From Lingula anatina (Eukaryota > Animalia > Brachiopoda), in contig CM120647.1 in assembly GCA_051362555.1 (NCBI GenBank), positions 19,258,651 to 19,322,650 of the forward strand: a stretch of 64,000 nt of DNA, in the 5' to 3' direction. The translations under genes were made by a program, and so were the position numbers. This document shows, one piece after another, positions 54,101 through 64,000 of the stretch. Under the pieces are notes generated by a model. The model saw only the letters and a program-made list of their open reading frames with translations. It did not search any database and was not told the DNA's origin. Numbering within the stretch: the first letter of the stretch is position 1; each line of letters opens with the position of its first letter.

Positions 54101-54450
54101 GCAAACAGCTTATGGAAAGTTCTCGAAAAAGGACTATGAACATAGCATGTGGACGTAAATTCCATATCAGCCTTTAAGTTGACTCTTTTCGATGAATACC
54201 CGTTACTTATTAATATAAGTATCCATAAAATTATTCATGCCTTGATAAAACTGTACTTAAAGCAATTGATGACAACATTGTTCAGGGAAGTAATCAAGTC
54301 AAGTGACAGTCATTGACCTTGCCTTAGTGCCATAAAACAGTTGCTCCATATTGTCTGTTTGGCGAAGCACCAATACGAACTTTGTATAGGCATTTTGTGA
54401 TGGTACTAGTATGTCAGGGGCGCAAATCGTACTCAGATATCTGATCAAAA
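51191..54450. promoter_or_regulatory. Expanded array of the same promoter-like modules between sulfotransferase 2 and exonuclease 2
   Basis: Modules at ~51191, ~52117, ~52968 and ~54028. TGAGTCA at 51213 and 54064; TTCTCGAGAA at 51283 and 52128. ~52480-52820 is almost identical to ~53390-53730 (~0.9-kb period). Confidence 0.55.
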
Positions 54451-54619
54451 GCGAGAAAGTGACAATTCCCTTTAATTAACCAACCTCTAATCTTCCTTTC
54501 CTGACATGCACCATAACAGTTTTTATCTCATTGTATCTTTCAAAAATACATTTGCTTCCACATATAACTTGCAGACCTATTTTCTATTTCAGATCATCAG
54601 GTGGTCCCAGGAATCCGTG

Positions 54620-55636
54620 ATGTCCAAAAGTAAGGGACCATCAGCCAGTTTACTTGGTGCACGTGGACCGAGGGCACATCGTGCCAGAGAGTACATGAAC
54701 ACTTTGGTTGACACCAGAGAGCGCTTAGATTCAGCCCTTGAAACCCTGAGAGGCGTGAGTAAAAAAGGTCCAAATCTTGCCGTCGATGGCGAAGGCGATA
54801 ACTATACCAGAAGAGGGACGATGTCTTTGTTTGCTATCGCAACAAGAAACCACGTGTTCCTGTTTGATATCATCAAGCTTGGAAAGCTCACTTTTGATCG
54901 CGGACTCCGTGAGATTCTGGAGGACCCCACACGCAAAAAGCTGATGTTCGACTGCCGTGAAGATTCCGATATCCTTTGGCATCAGTTCCACGTGAAACTC
55001 GACGGCGTCCTGGATTTGCAGCTGTTGCAAGTTATGCATAGTAAGAGGGACATCTCGGATCTCTCGCCAATCGGTCGAAGACGAGGTGAAATAGCATTCT
55101 GCCCAAAGGTATTTGGTTTGATGCATTGCCTCGAGGTTTATACCAACGATTTTGCGTCCATTCAAACAAAGAAATCTATTGGCTCAACCTACGCGCAATC
55201 AACAGAGCAGTGGTTGGTCAGACCTTTACCCAGCGACATGATCAAGTACGCATGCGTCGACGTATCAACCCTGTTTGTTCTCTACGAAAAAATGAAAATG
55301 GGCGATCTTGACATGGAGCTGTTAAATGTGGCATCGGAGCGTTACGTCGACTTAAAGCGTTCGATTATCGCACGCCGTTACGACAGTTATGAGAATAATG
55401 GATATCTGCCATTGTATATAATACCTCCAAAAGGAGCTGATAAAGGTATAGTCCACAGTTACTTTCTTTACAAGCTTCTGCCCAATATAGGCCCTGAGTG
55501 TACGGGTTGTCAGCGGCGCTTTCCACAGGAAGCATTTATCGGCACGGATCTTAGCAAAGGAGAGCAAAAATGTAAAGTTTGCTTGAGGGTGAAAATGGAA
55601 AAGAGTGCCGGGAAGATTAGAGGGAGGAGATTGTAA
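54620..55636 (+). CDS. EXD1/Egalitarian-like DEDDy 3'-5' exonuclease with C4 zinc finger, copy 2
   Basis: Single coding exon, 338 aa. ExoI AVDGEG, ExoII FDCREDSD, WLVRPL, ExoIII YACVD; CTGCQRRFPQEAFIGTDLSKGEQKCKVC. Confidence 0.9.
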   Translation: MSKSKGPSASLLGARGPRAHRAREYMNTLVDTRERLDSALETLRGVSKKGPNLAVDGEGDNYTRRGTMSLFAIATRNHVFLFDIIKLGKLTFDRGLREILEDPTRKKLMFDCREDSDILWHQFHVKLDGVLDLQLLQVMHSKRDISDLSPIGRRRGEIAFCPKVFGLMHCLEVYTNDFASIQTKKSIGSTYAQSTEQWLVRPLPSDMIKYACVDVSTLFVLYEKMKMGDLDMELLNVASERYVDLKRSIIARRYDSYENNGYLPLYIIPPKGADKGIVHSYFLYKLLPNIGPECTGCQRRFPQEAFIGTDLSKGEQKCKVCLRVKMEKSAGKIRGRRL

Positions 55637-57145
55637 CGTGACGAAGATAACGCGAACAGTTGCTGCTACATTGAATTTTCTAAATTTTGGTGATGATGAC
55701 CTCCGTCAGTGAGGATTTGTTTTCACCTCTGTTTGTTAATTCGTCACCGCCATAACTCAGTATAATTATAGATTCATGAAGTTTTTAGAAATCTTAAAAG
55801 AGATTATAATTTATTTAGGTGTGATTCGGATCAACATCTTGGTCAAAGAAGCTTATAAATGATCGTGCATCACTGCAAGACAAGGCTAATTATTGTTCAC
55901 CAAAAAATCATAAAAAAATATTTTTAGATCATTGTGCCATGAATGTGCTCAACTAGCACAATGTATGTAAATTCTTTTCTCGTTGATATGTATTTTTTTC
56001 AAGGCATCCTGCGCGAATAGTGCACTGTTGCTCATTGGAAGCTTACAAAGTCTAACTGTTTAGGTATAGAAAATATCTAAATTTTCGAATACGATCATTT
56101 ATTTAGATGAGTTAATTTCACTTACGCGATATATCTTTTCTTAATGAATGTGCGTTTGACACATCTATCGGTTGAGTTTTCTGAAAATGTAGGCAGTATT
56201 TTATAATCACGTTAGAACTAACCACACCCGTTATAATCATTTTACTAGTACCACATTACAGATGTTTGTTGTCAGTATAATTAAAGTGAAAAAACTCTTC
56301 ATTTTGTTAGTAAAGCTGCCATAAAACGGATTTTCCTTGAGAAGCCAATTGATTGATATTTAAAGTTAATAGTTATTTATTTATTTATTTTTTTTTTTTT
56401 ATTTATAACAATCTCTTAACGGAATGACAACTCTTTATTCAATGTTAGTTGATTGTTTTCTTAAAGTGATTTTTTGTAATAAACCCTCAAGGCATAATAA
56501 TTCTTCATTTTAAGATTAAAATATTAAAAATATTAAGCAGGATAGCCAGCTATGATGGTCCAAATAGACCAATGACAAGCAAAGATGTCAGAATAATTGC
56601 TATAACCACCGTTTTGGTGGAAAAATGGAATTAATTATATTTCTGTGTGTTGTTTACAGTTTATTTAATAGAGTAGTTTGAATCGCAAATGAAAAGTTGT
56701 TATCCATTTTATGTGTAAATATAATTGATTTATGTTTTGTCGATTTTCGCTTTAAAATGTCTGCAATATTTGGTTGTATGGTTGGCCATTTGTTAAAAAA
56801 AAAGGATTTGAAAATCATTATATATATATGTGATTTTTAGCATAAACATGTGTGGCACATTTTCAATTAAAAGTTTCAGAAATATTTTAGAAAAAAATTG
56901 ATATCATTCATGAATTAAAACTACTCCTACAGCTCATCACTGGCGCATGGCTCCTCTTGTATAGTGTTACCGCTTGTGGCAGGTTAAGAGTGTTTGCAAC
57001 TTTCTGCAGTTTACTCTTCTCCCTTTTTGCTAGGAAAAGGTCCACTGTGGGTAAATCTGATCAAGGTAAACTTAGGTCTCATGACAAAAGGTCCACATTT
57101 TCAGAAAAAGAAACCCTCCATTTGCAATTGCTTGCTACGGGCCTG

Positions 57146-57840
57146 GGGCCGGTTTCACAAAGCAGTAGTTAGTTAGCGATCGGTATTTGGCCTCTCGCTA
57201 GTTATAGTGCCGTTTCACGAAGCAGTCGCTAGTTCTCTCGCTCGTTATTGTCTCGTTGTTGCCTTGGATATTTAACGACTGGTCAGACCAGTCGCTAACT
57301 CTAGAGTTTCATCGTACGCATGCGTAATGAGTGAAATAAAAAGGTTGCTTAGTTACCGTTGTCTGTCGTTTGTCTTTGTATCCAATATGGCGGCTACTTT
57401 TCTTGCTATCCGTACCGCCAGACGGCAACGTAGACTACGACGTTTTCATGAAAGGCAGAATCTATTAGAATATACACACGATGATGCAATTTACGAGAGG
57501 TTGCGCCTAGCTGTAACAAAAAGAGCGGCAAAAAGGTGGTGGAGATCCTTTACGACGACCTCAAAGCAGACGTTCGTATGCATTTTCAGCCACCAAAAAT
57601 TGGAGAGTTAGTGCTTTCGTAACACTTTTACGCAAGAGTTCCACTTCCGGCAGACGGTTTCGAGACTACGGTGAGTAACGAGAGAACTAACGACCGAACT
57701 TTACGACCGAACTTATAGCGATAAGTTAACGACTGCTTCGTGAAACACCCCTCGAAAATCGCTAAGTTTGCTCGTTAGCGAGGTAGTTCAGTAGTTAGGC
57801 CTAGTTGTTCTAACTAACTACTGCTTTGTGAAATCGGCCC
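57146..57840 (+). mobile_element. Non-autonomous PIF/Harbinger element with transposase N-terminal remnant
   Basis: ~31-bp TIRs GGGCCGGTTTCACAAAGCAGTAGTTAGTTAG / CTAACTAACTACTGCTTTGTGAAATCGGCCC, flanked by CTG and CAG. Internal MAATFLAIRTARRQRRLRRFHERQNLLEYTHDDAIYERLRL (from 57387) resembles the N-terminus of Harbinger/HARBI1-type transposases. Confidence 0.82.
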
Positions 57841-60169
57841 CAGGTATCTTCCAGGTTCTGCTGGGCTTGCATTATTGCTTGTTAATCTTTGAACCCCTAG
57901 TGCCCCCTTGCACATTTTTAGATTAATCTGTTCAAAAGGTAACTTATTAATTAATTAAGAAGTTGAATAACATTTTCTTTTGCTTAAAGACTTCTTGGTA
58001 CTATACCTCACACCTGTAGGTTAGAATTGGTTTCATAAATTTATGGAAAAGTCTCATTGTTAATACGGGGTGTGCTACGTTTTGTGATTTTCAGGTTGCT
58101 TTGAGGGAATAAAGCCCTGACACCTTTTAGCTTAAAGTTTTCCATGGCCTTTTTAAGTGAGCCTCAGCTTGTAAATGTGATTCCAAAAAAAAATCTTTTA
58201 CTATTTCAAGAGTGCTTCCATTTATAGTGAATTTTAGAAATGAATGGGAAATATAAACTAAAAAAAAACTAAATATTTGTTGGACAGTCAATATTTGTTT
58301 TCCTATAGAATTCTCGAGAATGGTATGTAAATATCGAGATCGTGACTTCAATTTACGGCTGCCAAAGGGGGGAATGGGGCGGGTGTTACCAGTCACGATA
58401 AAGACAGTGTGAATAAAATCAAATATCACCGATAACAAATAATAAATCGATTTACAAGAATAAACGTAATCAAATGATTGCTGATTCACAGCGTCATGGT
58501 CAACAAACAAACGTGTCTGGGAAAGTGTGGAATAGATTTCATCGATCACTGATTACGGATTTCACCCATCGCCATCCTCCCGTCACCTGGTTCCTTTTTG
58601 GGGAAATACATTCTTGTTTGTGATATCAATTATTTACGCATTCGAATTCTTGCCTTTATAAAGGAGTTGAGATATCAATTCCCGACAGTCTTTTTCGGAG
58701 AACTGATCAAAAGGCAATAGGTTCCTGTAGTCCACGGGCAGTTAAGCAACAGCCATAGGCGTCGACGTAGCATCGTGAAACAAGTTTTAGGGACACTGGT
58801 CTACATTTGTTATAAGTTGAATAAGGGTCATAAACTTTGTGTACGCAAGTACACTGTATAAGCAGAGCAGTAAAAACAAAAAACATTCTTTATTGAGCTA
58901 TAATTACTTATTTGATCATTTGGGAGATTTAAAATATATCACCATATTCACGCCTTTTGATATTTCAATTACAGTTCATTATAATCAAGCTAAATCCTGC
59001 AGGGAATTCTTAAAAATCTTCATTTGTTCTGAGACAGACTAGAAGGTAAAGATGTAAGGGATGGTTATTCCGAAGCTGAAGGGGTGAGGCAGAGGTACGC
59101 CCCCCCCCCCCCCCCCCCCGATCCTCCATAGCTGTGAATAATGGTAGCCTACAGGTTAAATTTGATAGTTTTCAACTTGTTTAAAATGTGCACCTGAGTA
59201 ACTTTTTAATGAAGGCTGTCATGTGTTTTACACTGAATCATAAGTCTGTTGATATGGTTTTGAGCTTATAAACTGATCAAAGTCAGGGAGGCATAATGCA
59301 TATTCATATTACCCACATATCAGCAGAAATTAATAAAGAAAATCAATATAAAACATTTATTTACTGTTTTTCATCTGATTTTACATTTCATTTTCATCCT
59401 TCTGTTCATATTTATCCTGTATATCCATGAAAACACATATTCAGTACATAGGCTACAAGCACTGTTTGTCCCTAGCTTATTGTTTACGTTCGAAGAAAGC
59501 TGGAGTTAATGGAACTTACGCGGAAAGGTAAATCAAAATCTAAGTCAAAATATTGTACTTTATAAAACCGATCAAAAAAGCAGTCATGTGTTAACAATTA
59601 AAGCAAATACAATATTCAATAGACGTTAAACATTTTCGGAGAACTGTACAAAAGCCAACCAACCTATTTAATCGGTGTCTATGTCAAACCTTAAAGTATA
59701 CACGGAAAGCTTAAGTCTAGTACAGTCATAGACCTTGCCTTAGCGTCATAAACCAGTTACAGTTTCAGGGACATTGGTGTGTACTCGTACATTGTAAGGT
59801 AAGATAGCGTTACAGGATTTGTAATACGAAATATTCTGTTAGGATATTGGTGATATTTTACGTTTTTCAAGCTATTTCATTGCTGGACTCCCGTTAATCC
59901 ATTGATATTGGGAAAGATCTTTACTTGATCGTTGTACATTTGCCTACAGGTAACGATATTAAGTTATGGCTACAAAGAAAACAGTAGATTTTATTACGTA
60001 AAATTTTGTGAGAGAATTAATTCTTGATACGTAGCTTCCATTTTCGTATAATACTCTGTACACAAGGTCGTCCCTCTGATATACCAGTACGTGCAGTAAT
60101 GACGTAGGCCTACATTTAGATCTATCGCATCAAACATAAATTTGCACCTTGCGTCATAAGTACAATGAT

Positions 60170-60413
60170 CAGGACTACCCAACTACCAGACTCGGCACAT
60201 AAGGATCCTGAATTAACCGGTATATCGGACCACACTACTCGTTTTTAATCCCAGAACAAATTTTTTAGGACGACCCCGGGCTCATCCTGTCGGTGTTCTG
60301 ACTGATACTCCGAAATGCGATCTGTCACACACCTTGAAAAGGGGTAGTGTGGTCCGATATACCGGTTAATTCAGATCCGTATGTGCCGAGTCTGGTATAG
60401 TTTGGTAGGCCTG
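60170..60413. mobile_element. Palindromic MITE, CAGG..CCTG termini, 5-bp TSD ATGAT
   Basis: ~70-bp inverted arms (core ACCAGACTCGGCACATA..CGGACCACACTAC / GTAGTGTGGTCCG..TATGTGCCGAGTCTGGT). ATGAT at 60165-60169 and 60414-60418. Confidence 0.85.
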
Positions 60414-60583
60414 ATGATTTTCCCTTCCGAGATTTAACGAGTTCCCCGGGTAAGCAACATTTCCCCTCGATTTTACAACCTTAAATCTTCCTTTCCTGAC
60501 ACTAACTTTCACTCTGCAACAATTTTTCTTGCAATGTTTCTATTTTGTTTCTATTCCAGATCGACGGGTGATCTCAGAAATCC

Positions 60584-61663
60584 ATGATGTCCAAAAGTAA
60601 GGGACCATCGGCCAGTTCACTTGGTGCACGTGGACCGAGGGCACATCGTGCCAAAGAGTACATGTACACTTTGGTTAACACCAGCGAGCGCTTAGATTCA
60701 GCCCTTGAAACCTTGAGAAGCGTGAGTGAAGAAGGTCCGAATCTAGCTGTCGATGGCGAAGGTGTTAATTATTCCAGAAGAGGAACGCTGTCTTTAATTG
60801 TCATCGCAACAAGAGATCACGTTTTCCTGTTTGATATCCTTGAGCTAGGGAAGCGTGTTTTTGATCGCGGGCTTCGCGAGATTCTGGAGGATCCTACACG
60901 TGAAAAGCTGATGTTTGACTGCCGTGAAGATTCTGATATCCTCTGGCATCAGTACCACGTGAAACTCGACGGTGTCCTGGATTTGCAGCTTTTGCAAATT
61001 ATGTTTTGTAATAGAGATAACTCGGATCTCTCGCCGTTTGGTCGAAACAGAGCTGCCGTAGCACCCTGCGTAAAGGTGCTTAGTTTGTTGCGTTGTCTTG
61101 AGCTTTACACCGACGATGTTACGTGTATTGAAATAAAAAAATCTGTTGGCTCAACCTTCGTGCAATCACCAGAGCAGTGGATGGTCAGACCTATTCCCAG
61201 CGACATGATCAATTACGCATGCGTCGACGTATCAACCCTGTTTATTCTCTACGAGAAAATGAAAATGGGCGATCTAGACATGAGGCGGTTGAAAGTTGCA
61301 TCAACGTGCTACGTCAGTCTGAAGCGTTCGATAAAAAATCGCCGTTATGACAATTTTGAGAAAAACGGGTACCTTCCGCTTAATGTAATACCAGAAAAAG
61401 GATATGTCAATTTTTCACCCTATCAATCCTCTGAAGGCCCCGAGTGTGTGGGCTGTCAAAGATGCTTTCCGCGAGAAGCATTCACTAAAACACAGCTTAG
61501 AAATGGAGAACAAAAATGCAAAGTTTGCAGGAAGGTGAAATACAATATAGATGTCCAGAGAAACAAAGAAGAAAACTGCAAAAGTGATAGCTCTGAAGAT
61601 GATAGCGATACCCCCGAAGATGATACTTCCATTTTGACCTCGGACTATGACTATGACTATTAG
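60584..61663 (+). CDS. EXD1/Egalitarian-like DEDDy 3'-5' exonuclease with C4 zinc finger and acidic tail, copy 3
   Basis: Single coding exon, 359 aa. AVDGEGVNYSRRG, FDCREDSD, WMVRP, YACVD; CVGCQRCFPREAFTKTQLRNGEQKCKVC. Probable 5'UTR intron 60450-60559. Confidence 0.92.
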   Translation: MMSKSKGPSASSLGARGPRAHRAKEYMYTLVNTSERLDSALETLRSVSEEGPNLAVDGEGVNYSRRGTLSLIVIATRDHVFLFDILELGKRVFDRGLREILEDPTREKLMFDCREDSDILWHQYHVKLDGVLDLQLLQIMFCNRDNSDLSPFGRNRAAVAPCVKVLSLLRCLELYTDDVTCIEIKKSVGSTFVQSPEQWMVRPIPSDMINYACVDVSTLFILYEKMKMGDLDMRRLKVASTCYVSLKRSIKNRRYDNFEKNGYLPLNVIPEKGYVNFSPYQSSEGPECVGCQRCFPREAFTKTQLRNGEQKCKVCRKVKYNIDVQRNKEENCKSDSSEDDSDTPEDDTSILTSDYDYDY

Positions 61664-61937
61664 GAATAATTGGGATGCAACTTAAGTTTCTTCGGAATAT
61701 TAATGTTCTTTGGGGGTTTGGCTGTGCCTGTGGGGAAGGGTGATTTTTTTCTTCTTTATATAAACTCTGCTATCTCCTCCTAGATCATTGGAATGAGGAA
61801 GTTGAGATTTTTGGGCTTGTTCTACTGGAGGTTTGGCTATCTCCGGGGGAGGAGGATTTTTTAAACGCTGTAATTGCTTTTACATTGTACCTCCACCTAG
61901 GCCGTTAATGTAAAAACTTGGAGGTTATTAAGAGTAT

Positions 61938-62505
61938 TGTTATAGTGAGAAATGACGACAGCAGTTTGGGAGCTTTAGAACGTTTATTCACCGACTCTCT
62001 CTTCATACAACTTCACAAATATTTATACTCAATTTCTCCGTACTGATCACGCACTTACTTGTTTTCTTTTCCATTGTCTTTGCGTGATTACAAAATATTT
62101 TCCATTCGCATGTTGCAAGTCACCATGCAACATTTCCTTATTAGGTAATCCCTTAGATACTTGTTTTCAATTAAAGATATCTAAAATATTATTTGGATTA
62201 CTCATGCTTGGACCTTATCCAAAACTCAGCTATCATGTGATAAATAGATGATCAAAATTATTATATGTTATGAAATTAACCAATCACATTAACTGTTACT
62301 GACTTTGACCTTTTCCATCTTTTTCTGACACTAAAAACATGTTCTACACTTGTTGACTCTTGGAGAAACTTAACTTACACTCAATAACTCTCTGTCCTTT
62401 TACTCTTTTGATTCCGCTTTAATTGTTATCTGTGATTAGTGAAAGTGTAAGTAATTTGCTTTACAACATACACCCCTTCTTCAAAAGAATTCGTCCTCGA
62501 ATTCT
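61938..62505 (-). mobile_element. 3' LTR (61938-62468) and polypurine tract of a Ty3/Gypsy-like LTR retrotransposon; internal region probably continues rightwards
   Basis: On the minus strand, AATTCGAGGACGAATTCTTTTGAAGAAGGGGTGTA (typical Gypsy pre-LTR/PPT motif) is followed by TGTTGTAA...CTATAACA (TG..CA, 531 bp). The LTR contains TATAAATA (~62022) followed by AATAAA (~61985). Confidence 0.8.
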
Positions 62506-64000
62506 AAAACTTTACAACATACGCTCCTTTTTCATTTTTTCTAAAGCAAAGCAAATACTAAATAACACAAAATACATAAATTTTCAAAAAGATTAAATGA
62601 TAAGGTCACATATATGTCATCAATTTAAATGTTATACGCAAGTTCGTCAATTTCTGCAAAATGAAATAAAATAATAAGGAAAGAAAATAATGATTATCTT
62701 CCTTAAATACTTCATTTCTACCACAGAGTTAGGCAAAAATATAACTAAGAAAAGTAATTCTATATAATTAACTTATACATATAATTAGAAACACAGTCAA
62801 CATGAAACAAAAAATATAACATGAAGGAAGATACATCAAATTTATTTCACATTGTCATGTACACTTTTTTATGTGTGGCCTAAGAGCTCAGATACTTTTT
62901 GTTTGTTTTCTCACGCGGATATTGAAATATATTGCTCTCTTATTATGGATATGACACACTTTATTATACAGTTTTCTCTTTCGGTTGCCATTTAAGACAT
63001 AGTATTTAGGAATGCACTACATGAGACAATAGGGCCGATCGCTCCCTGTCCAATGAACAGCACTCACCACAACGTTGCGACCAGCGCATCGCTCATGATG
63101 AAGTACATATTCATCTTCATATTTGTCCACATTGTAGCTCTCCCCTGTGATGACTATAAGATAAATATTTTGTTCATGATACTTCAATCCACGGATTTTA
63201 TAAAATCATACTGATAAATAATTAAATAGCAAAATGTAAAAATCTTCCTTAATGCATATCATCAGTTTCATGTCATCATTATTAAAAAATCAAATACACT
63301 TTTTAAATAACAAAAATCATCTGTTCAAATATTGATAACCAACAATCATAAGATCAATATGTAATATGTTTTTAACATGCAGTTACATTGTAAAGTAATT
63401 AAAATAAAGCATGTTAACAAATGATCATGGTTAAGACACAATAAAATGCTCATCATTATATATGATAGTACATATTGATTAAAAAAAATCATAATATTTG
63501 TCAAGACTTACAAGTGTCATGTTAATTCCGTGCATTTCGCACACTCTCAATAATAATAATCTGAAATGTCTGAAATCATTGAAGTAACAATAAGAATGAA
63601 TCATAAAGTCATTAATATGTTGTGATCGTATACACACTTCTTATACCAAAAGTTCACTCGCAAAGATTAATCCGTTATGTTAATTATAGACACGTGTAAC
63701 AAGTCAAGTCAAATTCAGATTGGATTAAAATTAATCTGCATTGTGATTATATGTTTCGAACTGAATATAGAAAAGTGCACAAGCATGTTTAATGCGCCAA
63801 CATGTACAATATTCGTTCTTGAATAATTTTCTGGGATAACTCATTCTAAAATAACGTTTTTTGTTTATCATAATGTTTATATTTGTCAAGCCATGCCAAT
63901 GTTTTGACAGATGTAGTCTGTAGATACAAATACTTAAATGAACTTTTCTAAATTATTATAGTTATTACTTCACTTCGTAATATGAATGAATCTGTGGTTC

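Noticed and set aside
42537-55567. Antisense ORFs overlapping the exonuclease and sulfotransferase CDSs
   Set aside because: Shadow ORFs of real coding sequence; not conserved in frame among paralogs.
62960-63160. GC-richer, coding-like stretch on the minus strand inside the putative LTR element
   Set aside because: Contains an internal stop and has no recognisable similarity to integrase, env or a chromodomain.

Overview
AT-rich, intron- and microsatellite-rich eukaryotic DNA, most consistent with a marine invertebrate (inference). Contents from left to right: (1) a 5'-partial, 13-exon kidney-type glutaminase gene with C-terminal ankyrin repeats (1958-19047, +). Its introns hold a TIR element, a minisatellite built from the end of a coding exon plus its splice donor, a 5.6-kb foldback element with ~780-bp inverted arms, and a Helentron-type HINE. 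(2) An 8-exon ankyrin/ZU5-like protein gene (24997-32492, +). (3) A tandemly duplicated head-to-head cassette: a 4-coding-exon, bacterial-type sulfotransferase (- strand; two intact copies and one fragment) facing an intronless EXD1/Egalitarian-like DEDDy 3'-5' exonuclease with a C-terminal C4 zinc finger (+ strand; three copies, one lacking two catalytic acids). The two genes are separated by an array of repeated promoter-like modules. (4) Many MITEs, several with CAGG..CCTG ends and 5-bp TSDs, a Harbinger derivative, and the 3' LTR/PPT of a Gypsy-like element. All coordinates and translations were read by eye; no database searches were run.
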